From the NCBI GenBank assembly GCA_964419905.1, contig CAYQSE010000010.1, positions 1-56,987 on the forward strand: 56,987 nt of DNA. Direction: 5' to 3'. Made by a program: the position numbers and the translations under genes. The notes beneath the pieces are model-generated. The model had not been told where the DNA came from and did no database searches. It worked only from the letters and a program-made list of their open reading frames with translations. This DNA comes from an uncultured Enterobacteriaceae bacterium. GTDB taxonomy: Bacteria; Myxococcota_A; UBA796; GCA-2862545. This document shows positions 55,562-56,987 of this stretch, one piece after another; within the stretch, counting starts at the first letter, position 1, and each line of letters starts with the position of its first letter.

Positions 55562-56728
55562 ATGACCGAACTTGTCCACCGCCCCAGCGAGCTGGCTCGC
55601 CTCCGCGCTCTGCTGGAGGAGTTCCCTGTCGTCGGCGTGCTCGGCGCGCGCCAGGTCGGCAAGACGACACTCGCCAACGAGCTCGGCGATCAGCGCGCCA
55701 CCCCCGTGACCACCTTCGACCTCGAGGACCCTCGCGACCTGGCGCGCCTGACCGACCCGATGCTCGCGCTGCAGGACCTGCGCGGCCTCGTCGTGTTCGA
55801 TGAGGTGCAGCGACGCCCCGACCTCTTCCCCGTTCTCCGTGTGCTGGCCGACCGTCGCCACGCGCCTGCACGGTTCCTCGTGCTCGGGAGCGCCTCGCCG
55901 GAGTTGCTCCGTCAAGGATCGGAGTCGCTCGCGGGTCGGGTGGCCTTCCATCACCTCGGGGGTCTCGCGCTGGATGAGGTCGGTCCGGAGCGCTGGAGGC
56001 GCCTGTGGATCCGGGGAGGTTTCCCCCGTTCGTTCCTCGCTCGCGACGACGCGGCGAGCCTGCGGTGGAGACAGCAGTTCACGCGGACCTATCTGGAGCG
56101 TGACGTTCCCCAGCTCGGGATTCACGTCGGCGCCGACTCCCTTCGTCGGTTCTGGACGATGATCGCCCACTATCATGGGCAGACGTGGAACGGAGCGGAG
56201 CTGGCCCGCGCCTTTGGCGTCACCGACAAGACCGTCCGCCACTACCTCGACGTGCTCGTCGCTACGTTCATGGTCCGACGGCTGGCGCCCTGGCAGGAGA
56301 ACCTGGGAAAGCGACAGGTGAAGGCGCCGAAGGTGTACCTCTCCGACCCGGGGCTGCTTCACGCGTTGCTCGGTCTCGTCGACGAGACCGACCTCCTCGG
56401 GCACCCGAAGGTGGGCGCCTCCTTTGAGGGCTTCGCCATCGGCGAGATCACCCGGCATCTCGGGTGCGAGCCTGAAGAGGCGTACTTCTGGGGCCTCCAC
56501 TCCGGCGCGGAGCTCGACCTCCTCGTGGCCCGGGGACGCAGGCGCCGAGGATTCGAGATCAAGCACACGGACAGCCCGGTCGTCACGCCGTCCATGCGGT
56601 CGGCCATCGAGAATCTTCGCCTGGACCAGCTCGACGTCGTCCACGTCGGGGACCGGACCTTCCCTTTGGGGGAGGGCATCCGCGCTGTCGGGCTGGCGCG
56701 GCTCCACGAGGACGTGGAGCCTCTCTGA
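55562..56728 (+). CDS. AAA+ ATPase with DUF4143 (COG1373-type)
   Basis: Walker A GARQVGKTT. Walker B LVVFDEVQ. C-terminal DUF4143-like region (HLGGLALDE...DVPQLGIHVGADSLRRFWTMIAHYHGQTWNGAELAR). Confidence 0.85.
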   Translation: MTELVHRPSELARLRALLEEFPVVGVLGARQVGKTTLANELGDQRATPVTTFDLEDPRDLARLTDPMLALQDLRGLVVFDEVQRRPDLFPVLRVLADRRHAPARFLVLGSASPELLRQGSESLAGRVAFHHLGGLALDEVGPERWRRLWIRGGFPRSFLARDDAASLRWRQQFTRTYLERDVPQLGIHVGADSLRRFWTMIAHYHGQTWNGAELARAFGVTDKTVRHYLDVLVATFMVRRLAPWQENLGKRQVKAPKVYLSDPGLLHALLGLVDETDLLGHPKVGASFEGFAIGEITRHLGCEPEEAYFWGLHSGAELDLLVARGRRRRGFEIKHTDSPVVTPSMRSAIENLRLDQLDVVHVGDRTFPLGEGIRAVGLARLHEDVEPL

Positions 56729-56744
56729 GCGGCAAATCCAGCGG

Positions 56745-56876
56745 GGCGGGGTTCTCGGTGGGGATGCGCTTCGACGAGGCTTGCCGTACGCCGCGGATCA
56801 AGGCCGGCATCCCCCTCGCGGTGAACGGCCTCGACCGCTGACGCCTCACGCTTTGCGTCTTTGCGTCTTTGCGCGA
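56745..56876 (+). pseudogene. 3' fragment of a second GxxExxY gene (..IKAGIPLAVNGLDR*) with its flanking repeat
   Basis: The last ~15 codons parallel ..IKDGITRVVNGPDR* of the intact copy. It is followed by GCTTTGCGTCTTTGCGTCTTTGCGCGA (56850-56876). Confidence 0.5.
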
Positions 56877-56987
56877 TCCTCTTCCTGGTGAGCCCTCACC
56901 ACGGCGCACCGCAGAGGTTCGCGGATCGGCCCTCCCTCGACCTCGACGACCTCTCTTCCGGGACCAGGCCGTGGCCGCACTCTACGA

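Larger units (their letters stand above)
54443..56880. mobile_element. decayed integrated element/islet bounded by direct copies of the GxxExxY-associated repeat
   Basis: Contains the integrase remnant, the truncated AlbA_2 fragment, the iterons, the palindrome, an intact DUF4143 ATPase and a GxxExxY fragment. Locally lower GC. Confidence 0.35.

Overview
This is a very GC-rich (about 70%) bacterial chromosomal segment; long antisense ORFs are pervasive in the six-frame track and are treated as artefacts. No rRNA, tRNA or CRISPR array was recognised. The gene content points to Myxococcota: HAF-repeat proteins, many lipoproteins with L-A-(A/G)-C lipoboxes, and a MYXO-CTERM-like tail on a subtilase. 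That taxonomic call is inference. I call about 40 protein-coding genes.

Main regions, in order:
- 196-3218: two paralogous HAF-repeat secreted proteins. One has an in-frame TGA between its signal peptide and its repeat domain.
- 3390-9080: an SPFH/band-7 protein with a DUF4339 pair, an S8 subtilisin-like protease with a MYXO-CTERM-like tail, and an FG-GAP lipoprotein.
- 10360-20733: a possible metabolic cluster. It holds a SAM methyltransferase, two tandem histidine/aromatic ammonia-lyase-like genes with non-canonical MIO triads (Ser-Ser-Gly and Ala-Ala-Gly), a sterol-desaturase/fatty-acid-hydroxylase family enzyme, an alpha/beta-hydrolase lipoprotein, an orphan response regulator, an MMPL/RND transporter, and a Cys-rich lipoprotein with somatomedin-B-like and Kazal-like domains.
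- 21482-25155: a lipoprotein, a formylglycine-generating-enzyme (FGE/SUMF1) domain protein, and a small secreted protein.
- 25189-41983 (minus strand): the most striking feature. Six genes are chained by ATGA/GTGA/ATGGTGA start-stop overlaps. They are a CHASE2 sensor with a degenerate kinase (His to Ser), a 995-aa protein with a PgsC/CapC-like N-terminus, two giant secreted proteins, a 292-aa possible zinc amidase, and a 1319-aa protein with an embedded PgsB/CapB-like amide-ligase domain. I read this as a poly-gamma-glutamate-synthetase-like machinery embedded in giant multidomain proteins, and a candidate undescribed envelope polymer system.
- 42211-43359: a divergently transcribed soluble GAF histidine kinase.
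- 43363-53880: a thioredoxin-octaheme cytochrome c fusion, an alpha/beta hydrolase, two lipoproteins, FtsH preceded by a PGM1-like ATP-grasp gene, KdsA, and an MBL-fold lipoprotein.
- 53995-56880: a decayed island. It contains a GxxExxY gene bracketed by 28-bp inverted repeats, a deleted tyrosine-integrase remnant, a truncated AlbA_2-like fragment, 10-bp-phased GCGCGCA iterons, a perfect 17-bp palindrome, an intact DUF4143 AAA ATPase, and a second GxxExxY 3' fragment with its repeat.
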